A stretch of 64,000 nt of DNA from an uncultured Acidobacteriota bacterium. GTDB taxonomy: Bacteria > Acidobacteriota > JAQAZP01. The notes under the pieces are model-generated. The model worked only from the letters and a program-made list of their open reading frames with translations, was not told the origin of the DNA and did not search any database. Numbering within the stretch: position 1 is the stretch's first letter; every line of letters begins with the position of its first letter. The position numbers and the translations under genes were made by a program. Location: the NCBI GenBank assembly GCA_963836075.1, contig CAWIIB010000008.1, positions 32,001-96,000 of the forward strand, written 5' to 3'. Below, in pieces: positions 39,752-49,886 of the stretch.

Positions 39752-41389
39752 ATGAAAGGAGTACGCATGTCAGTGAAAACCGACGCAGTTTCCATACGAT
39801 GCCAAACGTTTCTTACTCAGCCCCGCCGGGCGGCGGGCATTCTCGGGGCCCTTGTTCTCGGGCTGATGATGCTCTCTGGCCACTCGGCTCTGGCTGAAAT
39901 CACATCCCCGGCCGAGGAACTGCAGGCGGCTATGCCCGCACCGGAGATCACCGACGACCAGATCACCGCGGCGGTGAACACCGCCCTTATGGTCGATCCG
40001 GGAGTGAGCAGTTACCTTGTCGACGTCAAGTCCACCGGTGGGATCGTGCACCTCTCCGGGATTGTAAACAACATCCTGGCCAGGGAGCGGGCCCTCGCCG
40101 TGTCAGAAACCGTCAAGGGCGTACGCAGCGTGATCAATGAGATCGAGGTCAGAACCGCGGAGCGCACTGACGTGGATATCCTGCGGAATGTCGAAGACGC
40201 GCTGCTCCTCGACCCGGCCGCCGACGCCTACGAGATCGATGTTGCCGTCGACGACGGCACGGTGCTGCTCAGCGGTACCGTCGATTCCTGGCAGGAAAAG
40301 CAGCTTGCCGGAACCGTGGCCAAGGGCGTCGCCGGCGTCACGGCATTGCAGAACGCCATCGAGATCAATTGGACCGCCGGACGCCTGGACCACGAGATCG
40401 AGAAGGAGATCGAGGCCGCCCTGAAATGGGACGTGCTCGTCGACCGCGCGATGATCGACGTCACGGTCGAGGACGGCCAGGTGACGCTTTCCGGCGCCGT
40501 GGGCAGTGCCGCCGAAGCACGGCGCGCTGGTCAGGATGCCTGGGTTGCCGGTGTCGAATCCGTGGATCGGAGCGGGCTCGACATCGAACATTGGTCGCGG
40601 AGTGAGGGCTTCCGCGAAAAGACATACGTCGATGTCAGCGATGAGAACATCGAGCTGGCGATTCTTGATGCGTATCTCTACGATCCCCGCGTCAACATGT
40701 TCGAGGTGGATGTCACCGTCGAGGACGGTACCGTGACATTGGAGGGCACGGTGAACAACCTCAAGGCGAAGCGGGCCGCGTCGCAGGACGCCCGCAACAC
40801 CACCGGCGTGTGGCAGGTGGAAAACCGGCTGCTCGTTCGCGTACCGGACATGCCCGCGGACCGCCGGATCGCCGACAGCCTGAAAACAGCGCTGCTGCGG
40901 GACCCGCTGGTTGACCGCTTCGACATCACTGTTTCGGTGATCAACGGTGAAGCCTACCTTCGCGGGACGGTGGACACATACTTCGAGAAACTGCGGGCCC
41001 AAACCGTCGCTGAGGGCATCCCTGGCGTCATCGAAGTCAACAACATCATCGACGTGAACAACGAGTTCAACCCGTTGACCCACGACCCGTATATCGATCA
41101 CGGATGGGACTTCGGTGATACCGGCTGGTATCTCTATCCGAGGAACATAACCACCCGGCTCAGCGACTGGGAGATCCTCGAACGCATCCGCGACGAGCTC
41201 TGGTGGAGCCCGTTTGTCGATGAAGACCAGGTGACCGTTTCGGTGAATAACGGCGAGGCGACACTCAGCGGTACCGTGGAGACGTGGAGCGAGCGTGCTG
41301 CGGCGGAAAAGAACGCTTATGACGGCGGTGCCGTCTCCGTAGACAACGACCTGACGGTGATCTTCGGCCCGGCATACTACATGAAATAA
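39752..41389 (+). CDS. Exported protein with six BON domains (OsmY-like)
   Basis: Six repeats of D..I...V...L..DP......I.V.V..G.V.L.G.V......A...A....GV..V.N; signal peptide; start may be 39767. Confidence 0.92.
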   Translation: MKGVRMSVKTDAVSIRCQTFLTQPRRAAGILGALVLGLMMLSGHSALAEITSPAEELQAAMPAPEITDDQITAAVNTALMVDPGVSSYLVDVKSTGGIVHLSGIVNNILARERALAVSETVKGVRSVINEIEVRTAERTDVDILRNVEDALLLDPAADAYEIDVAVDDGTVLLSGTVDSWQEKQLAGTVAKGVAGVTALQNAIEINWTAGRLDHEIEKEIEAALKWDVLVDRAMIDVTVEDGQVTLSGAVGSAAEARRAGQDAWVAGVESVDRSGLDIEHWSRSEGFREKTYVDVSDENIELAILDAYLYDPRVNMFEVDVTVEDGTVTLEGTVNNLKAKRAASQDARNTTGVWQVENRLLVRVPDMPADRRIADSLKTALLRDPLVDRFDITVSVINGEAYLRGTVDTYFEKLRAQTVAEGIPGVIEVNNIIDVNNEFNPLTHDPYIDHGWDFGDTGWYLYPRNITTRLSDWEILERIRDELWWSPFVDEDQVTVSVNNGEATLSGTVETWSERAAAEKNAYDGGAVSVDNDLTVIFGPAYYMK

Positions 41390-41424
41390 CGTAGCGACCG
41401 GGCGCGAAGGCGCTGAATGGAAAC

Positions 41425-41458
41425 CACCGCCGGCCCGGCGATGCCCGGGCCGGCGGTG
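41425..41458 (+). terminator. GC-rich hairpin after the BON gene
   Basis: CACCGCCGGCCCGG/CCGGGCCGGCGGTG perfect 14-bp stem; no U-tract. Confidence 0.5.
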
Positions 41459-41645
41459 CCATGTACCAGCCGCGGCGGATGACGGCGACACCGTGCTGTC
41501 CGCGAAGAAGGCTCCGCCATTGGACACGCGATTTTTCTCGACGGCAACACCTTCAGGGAAAGTCACAGCATCGACCGCCGCTGGGCTGTGGGGGATCTGA
41601 CTTAGGGAAACGGCGAAGAGAAGAGGGGAATAGGGGAAGATACAG

Positions 41646-41876
41646 ATGCCTTATGACACACTGGAAGAACTGCCTGAGCCGGTGCGCAACGTATTGCCGA
41701 AGCACGCACAGGAAATCTACCAGGCGGCCTTCAACAATGCCTGGAAGCAATATAAGAAGCCCGAGGACCGCCAAGGCGATGACGACCGCGAAACGGTTGC
41801 GCATAAAGTCGCCTGGTCCGCAGTGAAGAAAAGCTACGAAAAAGACGGCGACACGTGGTCACGCCGCGACGAGTGA
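41646..41876 (+). CDS. chaB: ChaB family protein
   Basis: MPY....LP..VR.VLP.HAQEIY..AFN.AW ... AHKVAWSAVKK.Y.K signature. Confidence 0.93.
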   Translation: MPYDTLEELPEPVRNVLPKHAQEIYQAAFNNAWKQYKKPEDRQGDDDRETVAHKVAWSAVKKSYEKDGDTWSRRDE

Positions 41877-41884
41877 TGCGCCTG

Positions 41885-42160
41885 CTACAGCCGGCGGCCC
41901 GGGTCCGCCGGAACGTGCGCACCGAGAATACGGTCGCTGGTCTCCTCGATGAGTACTTTGTAGCGGGCGCACTTCTCGCCAACCTTCTTCATCGTGTTGT
42001 ATGTCGATCGGTCCCCGGCGTGCGTCTTGACCCGCAACCCCCGCTTCCGGGCCTCGTCCTGGCCGAGGCCGACGGCCGCCAGGGTCGGCATGGAGAAAAC
42101 GACGGTCGGCACAGGTCCGCAATCGGATTCGCATGTCACCCTCGCCTTTCCTCGTTTCCG
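41885..42160 (-). pseudogene. C-terminal dimerisation-domain fragment of a pyridine nucleotide-disulfide oxidoreductase
   Basis: VPTVVFSMP.LAAVGL.QDEA ... YKVLIEE..DRILGAH with no FAD/NAD domains upstream; boundaries approximate. Confidence 0.7.
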
Positions 42161-42213
42161 CGACAACGGCGGTCCGCCGGAACGGGCCCGGTCCGCCGGT
42201 TCAACGGCATCGG

Positions 42214-43233
42214 TCAGCACGCGTTCTCCCGGCATAAGGCCCAGACCGAGAAATTCTCGTCCTTTTTCTGTCCTACACCCACTGCACCCTTGTTCATGTA
42301 CAGCGCCATGCACCAGTCGGCTTCGAACCCGCTGCTTGTCGAGGACCAGTATGCCTCCCGCACACTCTCGAACGGATGTGCCCGCGGCAGCGCCGGCGTG
42401 TGGTTCGATGCATCAACCAGGGATTCGAGCTCGTTGATCGTCGGCAGGAACCAGCCGGACCGGTCGCCACAGCCATCGGCGTTCAGGCGAGCGATCATCT
42501 CGAAGGACTCATCCCAGGTGACGCACCGCCGGGCAATGTCGGCGCAGCGCGTCCAGACGAGGCCCGTCAAATGATCCAGCACCGTGTCGCCCTCTGGCTG
42601 AAACCGGTGATTCGGCCAGGTCGCCCCCGACCGCAACGCTCCGTCCTGCCCCGTCCCGTCGCCGGTCACGCGAGTACCGTCAACGGCGTAACACTCGGCC
42701 TGACCGGTGGCCGGCAGGGCCGCTGCGCCCTGGTCTCGAACCGGCCACACGAGGTGATGCTCGGCTTTCCCGCCATAGAACATCCTCCCCCCCTCCAGGT
42801 GAACGTACCAGGCAAAAGCCGGGTTGACGGCCGCCGATGTGCTCGTCCAGTACCAGCCTAGGAAAACGTCCCTGAAGGGATGAGGATCGGGCAAGGCAGG
42901 GTTTCGTGTCTGGTAACTTATGAGGGATCTGAGCTCCCGGCGGTTCGGTACCCGCCAGTCGCGGTGGCCGGCGAACGCGTCACCGTTCATCTGTTTGACG
43001 GTGGCCATCGCCTCGGGCCAGTCGATGGGAAGGCCTGTGAAATTGGCCTGTTTCGTCCACATCAGCCCGGTCAACCGGTCCTCAACGGTCTCTCCCCGCG
43101 TCACGAATCGCGGCGATGGCCACGGGAGGCCCGGCGAGCATTCGGCATCCTGCCCTGTATGCCGGCAGTCGACCTCTCGGCCGGCGGTGTCGTAGCACCG
43201 GGTCTGTCCCGTGCTCAGGTAAAATCGCGGCAT
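42214..43233 (-). CDS. DUF1566 (Lcl-C) tandem-domain protein
   Basis: TGQT.CYD, TGQD, V.D.LTGL.W, WR.P...EL.SL and YWTST, each occurring twice. Confidence 0.9.
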   Translation of the reverse strand: MPRFYLSTGQTRCYDTAGREVDCRHTGQDAECSPGLPWPSPRFVTRGETVEDRLTGLMWTKQANFTGLPIDWPEAMATVKQMNGDAFAGHRDWRVPNRRELRSLISYQTRNPALPDPHPFRDVFLGWYWTSTSAAVNPAFAWYVHLEGGRMFYGGKAEHHLVWPVRDQGAAALPATGQAECYAVDGTRVTGDGTGQDGALRSGATWPNHRFQPEGDTVLDHLTGLVWTRCADIARRCVTWDESFEMIARLNADGCGDRSGWFLPTINELESLVDASNHTPALPRAHPFESVREAYWSSTSSGFEADWCMALYMNKGAVGVGQKKDENFSVWALCRENAC

Positions 43234-43335
43234 GTCGAAACCATGATTTCAAGTGAATCGGGGGCTGATGCCCTCGATGAGCGGGGGTTGACCGTGTCCG
43301 GCGGCGAGCGCCCTTCCCCGGTCCCGCAATATTGT

Positions 43336-43842
43336 TCACGTCCTGCTTCCCTGCTGGCCGGACACTCCCCCCTGCTGCTCGTCTTCGTCCTTTCGGTGGA
43401 TCGTCAACACCGCGCACTGGGCCAGACGCACCACTTTTTCAGCCACGGACCCGGTAACCAGCCGCTTCCACCCGCTGCGCCCGTGGGTGGAAAGGACAAT
43501 CAAGTCGATCTCATCCTGCTCAGCATGGTTGACGATCTCGTCGGCGGGCTCACCGGTGGCAATGATCCCGGTGGCCTGCGGCGCCTTCGCGGCAAATTGG
43601 GAAATCAGGCGGTCCAGCTCTTCTCTCGAAGTTGTCTCCAGCGTGTCCATGTAGTTTTTGATCTCGACATTCGTCGCGGCCAATGCCTGTACCGCGGCAT
43701 GCGGCGCGGGCATCGGAGGGATGACGTGGACCAGGGTCAACGCCGCGGAAAACTGCTCTGCCAGCTCAACGGCGGCTTTGACGCCCTCGTGAGATGGATC
43801 GCTGAAGTCCGTGGCACACAGTATCCTGGAAACGGGCAGCAT
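43336..43842 (-). CDS. Universal stress protein (UspA family)
   Basis: ILCATDFSDPS ... IVLSTHGRSG...TGSVAEKVVR. Confidence 0.93.
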   Translation of the reverse strand: MLPVSRILCATDFSDPSHEGVKAAVELAEQFSAALTLVHVIPPMPAPHAAVQALAATNVEIKNYMDTLETTSREELDRLISQFAAKAPQATGIIATGEPADEIVNHAEQDEIDLIVLSTHGRSGWKRLVTGSVAEKVVRLAQCAVLTIHRKDEDEQQGGVSGQQGSRT

Positions 43843-43951
43843 GGTTGTTCTCCTCGTGGTGTGAAACGCCCGCCCGGCTCCGGCAGTGGCATCCCGTCGG
43901 AACCGGTAAGCGAATCAATTTACCGAAAATCCGTGGCGGCCTGGCCGCGGC

Positions 43952-44656
43952 TTACGGGATCGTGAATTCGACGCTGATATCATCAACTTCTTCGAGGAAC
44001 CCCACTTCGAGGCGCAGGCGCTTGCCCTGCTTTACCGATCCGCTGAAATAAAGCAGGTCGATGACTTTGCCCCACTGCGGCACCTGGATCAGGTCGATGG
44101 CGGTTTCCCCCGGCAGAGGGAAAAAGCTGGTGTGAACGCGGCGCGCGGTCTGTTCCAGTTGCCCGTCGAAGTTCGTCAGCTCGAGAGCCTGGCGGTCGTA
44201 TCGCTGCCGGTCATATTCCCTGCGGAACGCTTCGAGAGCGGCCAGCGGGATTTCCGTCCCGTTCGGGCTGTAGAGCTGGATCCGGTCGCGGTTCACCGTC
44301 AGCCCGCGGTGTTCCAGGTTTTCGAGACCCCACAACAGGGGAATGTAACCGGCCGGCTCTTCGCCCTGCTTGACCTGCAGGAGTTGGGTTCCCACGTACA
44401 GCTTGATGCCGTTCTCGCTCTTGCTGGAAAAATATCGGTAATCCTCCTGTGTGCCGGCCTCCTCCGCCTTCACCTTCCCCCCGGCGTGCTCATCGGCCAA
44501 GCCTGGAGCGGTGACCATCATGAAGGCCGGGAACAGGAGCATCAGAAGCGCGCAGACCCCAGCTCGAGCCGAACCGGATACCGCCTGACTGACGCCCCGG
44601 CGGGATCGCGAGTGTTTGTCCGGCCTTTCGGTTTCGCGACGGCTCACGTGACACAT
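43952..44656 (-). CDS. Hypothetical exported protein
   Basis: AAGGAGG RBS before ATG 44656; signal-like hydrophobic stretch; soluble beta-rich remainder. Confidence 0.65.
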   Translation of the reverse strand: MCHVSRRETERPDKHSRSRRGVSQAVSGSARAGVCALLMLLFPAFMMVTAPGLADEHAGGKVKAEEAGTQEDYRYFSSKSENGIKLYVGTQLLQVKQGEEPAGYIPLLWGLENLEHRGLTVNRDRIQLYSPNGTEIPLAALEAFRREYDRQRYDRQALELTNFDGQLEQTARRVHTSFFPLPGETAIDLIQVPQWGKVIDLLYFSGSVKQGKRLRLEVGFLEEVDDISVEFTIP

Positions 44657-45190
44657 GGTGTTCCTCCTTCCTCTCGGCCGTGGGCCCGGCACCCCCGCGG
44701 GGCCCGGGGCATACGGCTCAACGTAGCCTGTTCTGCTGTAGAAGATAATGCGTACCGCTGTGTTCGCGTATCGGTGCCGGGCGTATTTCCTCTCGCCCAT
44801 TTTCTTACCCTGTCGTCAGGGAGAGGATGAGGCCCTTCGCGCAAGCTCGGCCCCGCACGGCGCCCGCAGGGGGACGAGCCGGGGGATGTCAGGTTTTCCC
44901 CGATATTCCTTCGGGCCGTCATCGCGGTATGCTGAACCATGAGCCCAAATCATCACCATCATGGCGGCCGATACAACCGTTCATTCGCGGTCGGTGTATT
45001 GCTCAACCTCGTCTTTGTCGGAATCGAGTTCGGCTTCCGGAAGGTTCCCAGATCGTTCACGGCTCATCACTGATCGATGCCCGGGACGAATCGCGGAAAG
45101 CAGCCATCGCTACTCTCAGGTATTTCCCAGGGCGAACTGGGGGAAGGGCGGATGGACAACCGGTGCCGGCCGCCCCATGATTGAAACACC

Positions 45191-45988
45191 ATGATCAGTT
45201 TTATCGGCATTGCAGCATCGCTGACGGTCCTCAGTCTCTCGCTGGTCATCACGCGCCTGGCCACCGTGGCACTCTCTTTCACCGGTCTTTCCGAGGATGC
45301 GGCGCGCTTTCAAGCCCGGTCCGCCTTCACCGGCACCGGTTTCACCACCCGGGAAGCGGAAACAGTGGTGGACCACCCGGTTCGCCGTCATATCATCATG
45401 ACGTTGATGCTGCTGCGCAGCGCCGGGATCATCACCATACTGCTTTCCCTCATCCTCTCCTTCGCCGGGTCGGATGACACGAGCCGGCTTTATCGGCTGG
45501 CCTGGCTGGCGGGCGGTGCGACCGTCATCTGGATTATTTCCCTGAGCGCTCTCGTCGACCGCTTTTTGAGGCGTATCATGAACTGGGCGGTAAAACGGTG
45601 GACCGACCTCGACGCACGCGACTACATCGAACTGCTCAAGCTGAGCGGCGACTATGTCATTCGCGAGCTGAAGGTCCGGGATAACGACTGGCTGGCGGAC
45701 AAGGAACTGAGCGCCTGTCGTCTCCGCGAAGAAGGCGTTTCCATCGTCGGAATTTATCGTGAAAACGGGAACTATGTCGGTTCCCCGAAAGGCAGCACCA
45801 GAATACGAGCCGGCGACGTCCTGGTGCTCTACGGGCTCTCCGATGGATTGGAGAAACTCGATCAGCGACGATCGGGCGCCGAGGGGGACCGGGATCACGA
45901 GCAGGCCGTGGGGAGCGAGCGCCGCCGCATGGACCGGCAGGATCGCGAGGAAGCGGAGTTGAGTGAAGAGAAAGAGGATCAGGAATGA
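45191..45988 (+). CDS. Membrane protein with TrkA-C (RCK_C) domain
   Basis: TGLS...ARFQARSAFTGTGFTT.EAE pore-like motif; C-terminal L...RLR.EGV.IVGI.R..G.Y.G.P...T.I.AGD.L.LYG. Confidence 0.88.
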   Translation: MISFIGIAASLTVLSLSLVITRLATVALSFTGLSEDAARFQARSAFTGTGFTTREAETVVDHPVRRHIIMTLMLLRSAGIITILLSLILSFAGSDDTSRLYRLAWLAGGATVIWIISLSALVDRFLRRIMNWAVKRWTDLDARDYIELLKLSGDYVIRELKVRDNDWLADKELSACRLREEGVSIVGIYRENGNYVGSPKGSTRIRAGDVLVLYGLSDGLEKLDQRRSGAEGDRDHEQAVGSERRRMDRQDREEAELSEEKEDQE

Positions 45989-46028
45989 TCTTGTACAACA
46001 TGTGGGGCCTCCCGGGAGGTGCTGACCG

Positions 46029-48210
46029 ATGAACGGCAGGAAAAATGACACAAAGAGCGTTCTCAACCCTGGTGAGAACTGCTGGCGGATCGAGCCGGCT
46101 GGTAGGGCCGCTTTCCTGATCGATGCCGCTGAGTACTTCAAAGCGTTCGCTTCAGCGGTGAGGCGGGCGAAGCGGTCGGTCTACATTGCCGGCTGGGACA
46201 TCCACAGCAGGACGCGCCTGCTGCGGGAGCATCCCGATTCGGGAGCGCCGCCGCAGGGACCGGCGGAGCTCCGCGAGTTTCTCATTGATATTGTCTCCCG
46301 CAATAAAAAACTGCACGTTCACCTTCTGATCTGGGATTTCGCCATGGTCTTTCTGCTCGACCGGGAGATCTTTCCCGTGTTCCAATTCGATTGGAAAACC
46401 AGCAGGCGAATCCACTTGCACCTCGATTCCAATCATCCGGTCGGTGCTTCACACCATCAAAAGATGGTCGTCATCGACGACCGGCTCGCTTTTCTCGGCG
46501 GTCTTGACCTGACGCAGCAACGGTGGGATACGCAGGCGCATCTGCCGGATGATCCGCGCCGTACCGCTCCCTCGGGAACGAGATATGGGCCGTTCCACGA
46601 CGTGCAGGCCGCGGTGGAGGGGCCGGTCGCGGCGGCGCTGGGTGACCTGTTCAGAGAGCGGTGGCGCCGCGCCAGCGGTAAGAAGCTCGATCCGCCGGCC
46701 GTGACGTCCGATCCCTGGCCGGAGGATCTGGCAGCCGACGTGCAGAGCACCGAGTTCGGAATTGCGCGGACAGAAGCGGCATACCGCGACCGGCCGGAAG
46801 TTCGCGAGGTGGAGAAGCTCCACCTGGATGCCATTGCCGCGGCGCACCGCACGATCTACATGGAGAACCAGTATCTGACCTCGACAAGGGTGGCCGAAGC
46901 CCTGGCCAGGCGCCTGGGGGAAGACCAGGGCCCTGAAGTCGTCCTGATTTCCTCAAACGCTGCCGGTGGCTGGCTCGAGCAGGCCACGATGGGGGTGCGA
47001 ATGCTCAAGTTTCTCGACGTGGTCCGGTCGGCCGACAGGCACGACCGGCTCCGTGTGCTCTACCCGGTGACCGGCAAGGGCGGTCGGGAGGAGCCGGTAA
47101 AGGTTCACGCCAAAGTGACGGTGATCGACAATCGGTTGCTGCGCATAGGGTCGGCAAACCTGACCAACCGGTCGATGGGCCTGGATACCGAGTGCGATCT
47201 GGCCATGGAGGCCGGCACGGACGAGGCGGCCGCAGCGATCCGGCGGTTCAGGAACCGGCTGCTGGCCCACCAGCTCGGCCAACCGTCCGAGGCCGTCGGC
47301 GAAGCCCTGGCCGAGGATGGCTCCCTGGTTTCCCTCGTTGAACATTTAGGGCAGAAAACCGGCAGGCTCAAGCCGCTCGAATCCGAGTACGAGTCGATCG
47401 CCGGGCCTGTACCTCCCGGACCATGGACTGCTCGATCCGGAACGTCCGCTGGGGGCCGAACAACTGCTCGATTTCTTCAGCGACAACTCGTCTGAGAAGG
47501 GGAAGGGCAAAATCGGCGCCCTGTTCAAAGTGCTTGCCCTCGTGGTCGCACTGCTCACGCTTGCCGGCCTGTGGCGCTTTACGCCTCTCGGCCAGTGGGC
47601 CGACCCGGCCCACCTCGCCGCCTGGTTCGAACCGCTGCGGCAAAGCCTGCTGGCCCCACCAGCCGTGATCGTAGGGTTTGTGGTCGGCGGGCTGGTCATG
47701 CTGCCGGTGACCGCGCTGATCGCGGCCACGGCACTCGGTTTCGGGCCCTGGTACGGGTTCCTCTACGCGCTGGCCGGCACCCTGGCCAGCGCCGTCGTCA
47801 CCTACGGGGCCGGGAAATGGCTCTGGCGCGACACGTTGAGGCGCCTGGCCGGAGCAAGGCTGAACCGCCTGTCCAGGCAACTGGACCGCCAGGGCGTCCT
47901 GGTCATCGCGGCCGTACGGCTGGTGCCCATTGCTCCGTTCACCGTGGTCAACCTGGTGGCCGGTTCATCGGGAATCCGCTTCCGCAACTTCATCATGGGC
48001 ACGTTGATCGGCATGGCCCCCGGGATGTTCGTGCTCTCGCTTCTCGCCGACCGGGTGGCGCAGGCGGTGCGGGAACCGACCGTGCTCTCGGTGCTGGCGG
48101 CCATCGGCGTCACCTTGCTGCTGGTTGCGATTTCTCTGGCCGCGCGGCGCCTGGCCAGAAAGAAAATCGCTTCCGACGCGAAGCGCGAAAACGCGAAAAA
48201 ACCCTTATGA
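46029..48210 (+). CDS. Phospholipase D (two HKD motifs) fused to a VTT/DedA domain; one apparent +1 frameshift (~47405)
   Basis: HQKMVVID and HAKVTVID; shifting frame at GCCGGGCCTG gives LPDHGLLDPERP running into the 47530-48210 ORF (RLVPIAPFTVVN). Confidence 0.85.
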
Positions 48211-48965
48211 CCGAGCCCTCGCTGCCACAGTCAAGGATCCTGGCTGCCTCCTACAACATCCACTCCTGCCGGGGGACCGACGGCCGTTACGACCCGGACC
48301 GTGTGGCCGGGGTGATACGGGAAATCGACCCGGACATCATCGGGCTGCAGGAAGTGGAGAGCGGCTACTGGACCGGCAGCGGCGAGAACCAGCTCGACCT
48401 GCTGGCCCAAGCGACCGGGTTGCACGCCGTTTCAGGCCCGACACTGCAGAGCGCCCGGGGCCACTACGGCAATGCCATACTGACACGCTGGCCGGTGCAG
48501 GACGTTCGCCGAATCGATCTCAGTGTCCCGGGGCGGGAGCCCCGGGGGGCCCTGGACGTATGCGTCCGGATCGATGACCAACCGCTCCGGATGCTGGTGA
48601 CCCACTTCGGGCTGGCGGCTACGGAACGCTTCGCCCAGGCCGGTGCCCTGATCGGGCTGCTGAGGGACGGCCGTGCCGGTATCCGGATAGTGGCCGGTGA
48701 TTTTAACGAGTGGGCGTCACGCCGGAAAACGATCCGCATGCTCGACGAGTGGTTCGGCGATTCGGGTTCAGTGCGAACCTGGCCCTCCAGGTTCCCCCTC
48801 TTTGCGCTGGACCGGATCTGGGTTCACCCCGGAAAATACCTGATCGATCTGCGCCCACACCGCTCGAAACAGGCGCGCCACGCATCGGACCACCTGCCGC
48901 TCACCGCTCGACTGTCCTGGTCCCCTCTCCGCCAGACCAGCGCGGCGCCGGCAAAGTTCGCCTGA
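48207..48965 (+). CDS. Endonuclease/exonuclease/phosphatase family protein (YbhP-like)
   Basis: SYNIH, LQEV, YGNAILT, GDFNEW, LDRIW and SDHLP motifs; ATGA overlap with the upstream gene. Confidence 0.92.
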   Translation: MTEPSLPQSRILAASYNIHSCRGTDGRYDPDRVAGVIREIDPDIIGLQEVESGYWTGSGENQLDLLAQATGLHAVSGPTLQSARGHYGNAILTRWPVQDVRRIDLSVPGREPRGALDVCVRIDDQPLRMLVTHFGLAATERFAQAGALIGLLRDGRAGIRIVAGDFNEWASRRKTIRMLDEWFGDSGSVRTWPSRFPLFALDRIWVHPGKYLIDLRPHRSKQARHASDHLPLTARLSWSPLRQTSAAPAKFA

Positions 48966-48992
48966 AGGAGCGGCATGGCGCCGAAGCAATCT

Positions 48993-49376
48993 TCAGCGGT
49001 CGATCGATAGATCCGGGGGCGGGGAACCACTGTTCGGCCCGGGCACTCCGGCGTCCCGCAACTGGTCCAGACGGCTTTCGATCATCGCGATGCGCTCCTC
49101 TGCTTTTTCCAGGCGCAGGGCCAGCCCAGCGACCTCTTTTTTCTGAGGCAGATCCAGGGAATCCAGTGCCTGGCTGAGCGAGTTGCCCAAACCGGCCTGC
49201 ACCTCTTCCCACTGCTGGCTGCCACTGTCCAGCAGGTCACTCACCAGCCGCTTTGCTTCCTCCGCGGTCACTTTGCCTTCCTCCACCAACCGGCTGACGA
49301 CCTCATCGGCCCGGTCCCTGGTGATCACGCCGGCACCCAGGCCGGCCAGAACGGTTGTTCGAACCAGTTCAAGCAT
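48993..49376 (-). CDS. Phasin/PhaF-like coiled-coil protein, paralog of 60916-61290
   Basis: LAGLGA..IT......V..LV.EGK.T.EEAK ... L..RLE; GGAGG RBS. Confidence 0.8.
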   Translation of the reverse strand: MLELVRTTVLAGLGAGVITRDRADEVVSRLVEEGKVTAEEAKRLVSDLLDSGSQQWEEVQAGLGNSLSQALDSLDLPQKKEVAGLALRLEKAEERIAMIESRLDQLRDAGVPGPNSGSPPPDLSIDR

Positions 49377-49886
49377 GCGAACCTCCTCCCGTCATCCTTG
49401 ATGCATCAAGTCCTTCTGTCCGGATTGCGCAGCGGCGAATCACTCCAAATTCCGCCGCCAGAACCGCCTCCGGCCAGAACTGCGGCCGAGGCCTTGTCGC
49501 TGCCTCGACGCTATTCAGGTTAAGGCTTTTACGGTGTCTCGCCAATCGGACGCACCCTTACATGAGCAGGAGATTTTCCTGAGCCCCAGAATGGCCGGGA
49601 GATGTCCTCCGCCGAAAACGAGAACCCATGAGGGAAACGAGCAGCAGGAACGCGCTGCACGAACCCCGGGTGCGGCCAGCCGGCACCCCTAAGAAAATCG
49701 CCACGGACTTATCAGAATTTCCCCGATGGTTGCAGCCTCTGGCAGGAGATATGGTACAGACACTACGGAATCTGAGCAGGTCCGGTGCCCGCGGTCGAGT
49801 TTGCGCAACTGCTTTTTCGAACTCGAGCGATACGGCGGTTGTGCCGGGCCCGAAAATTGCGTGAAATCCGACGAGGAGGTCGATGA

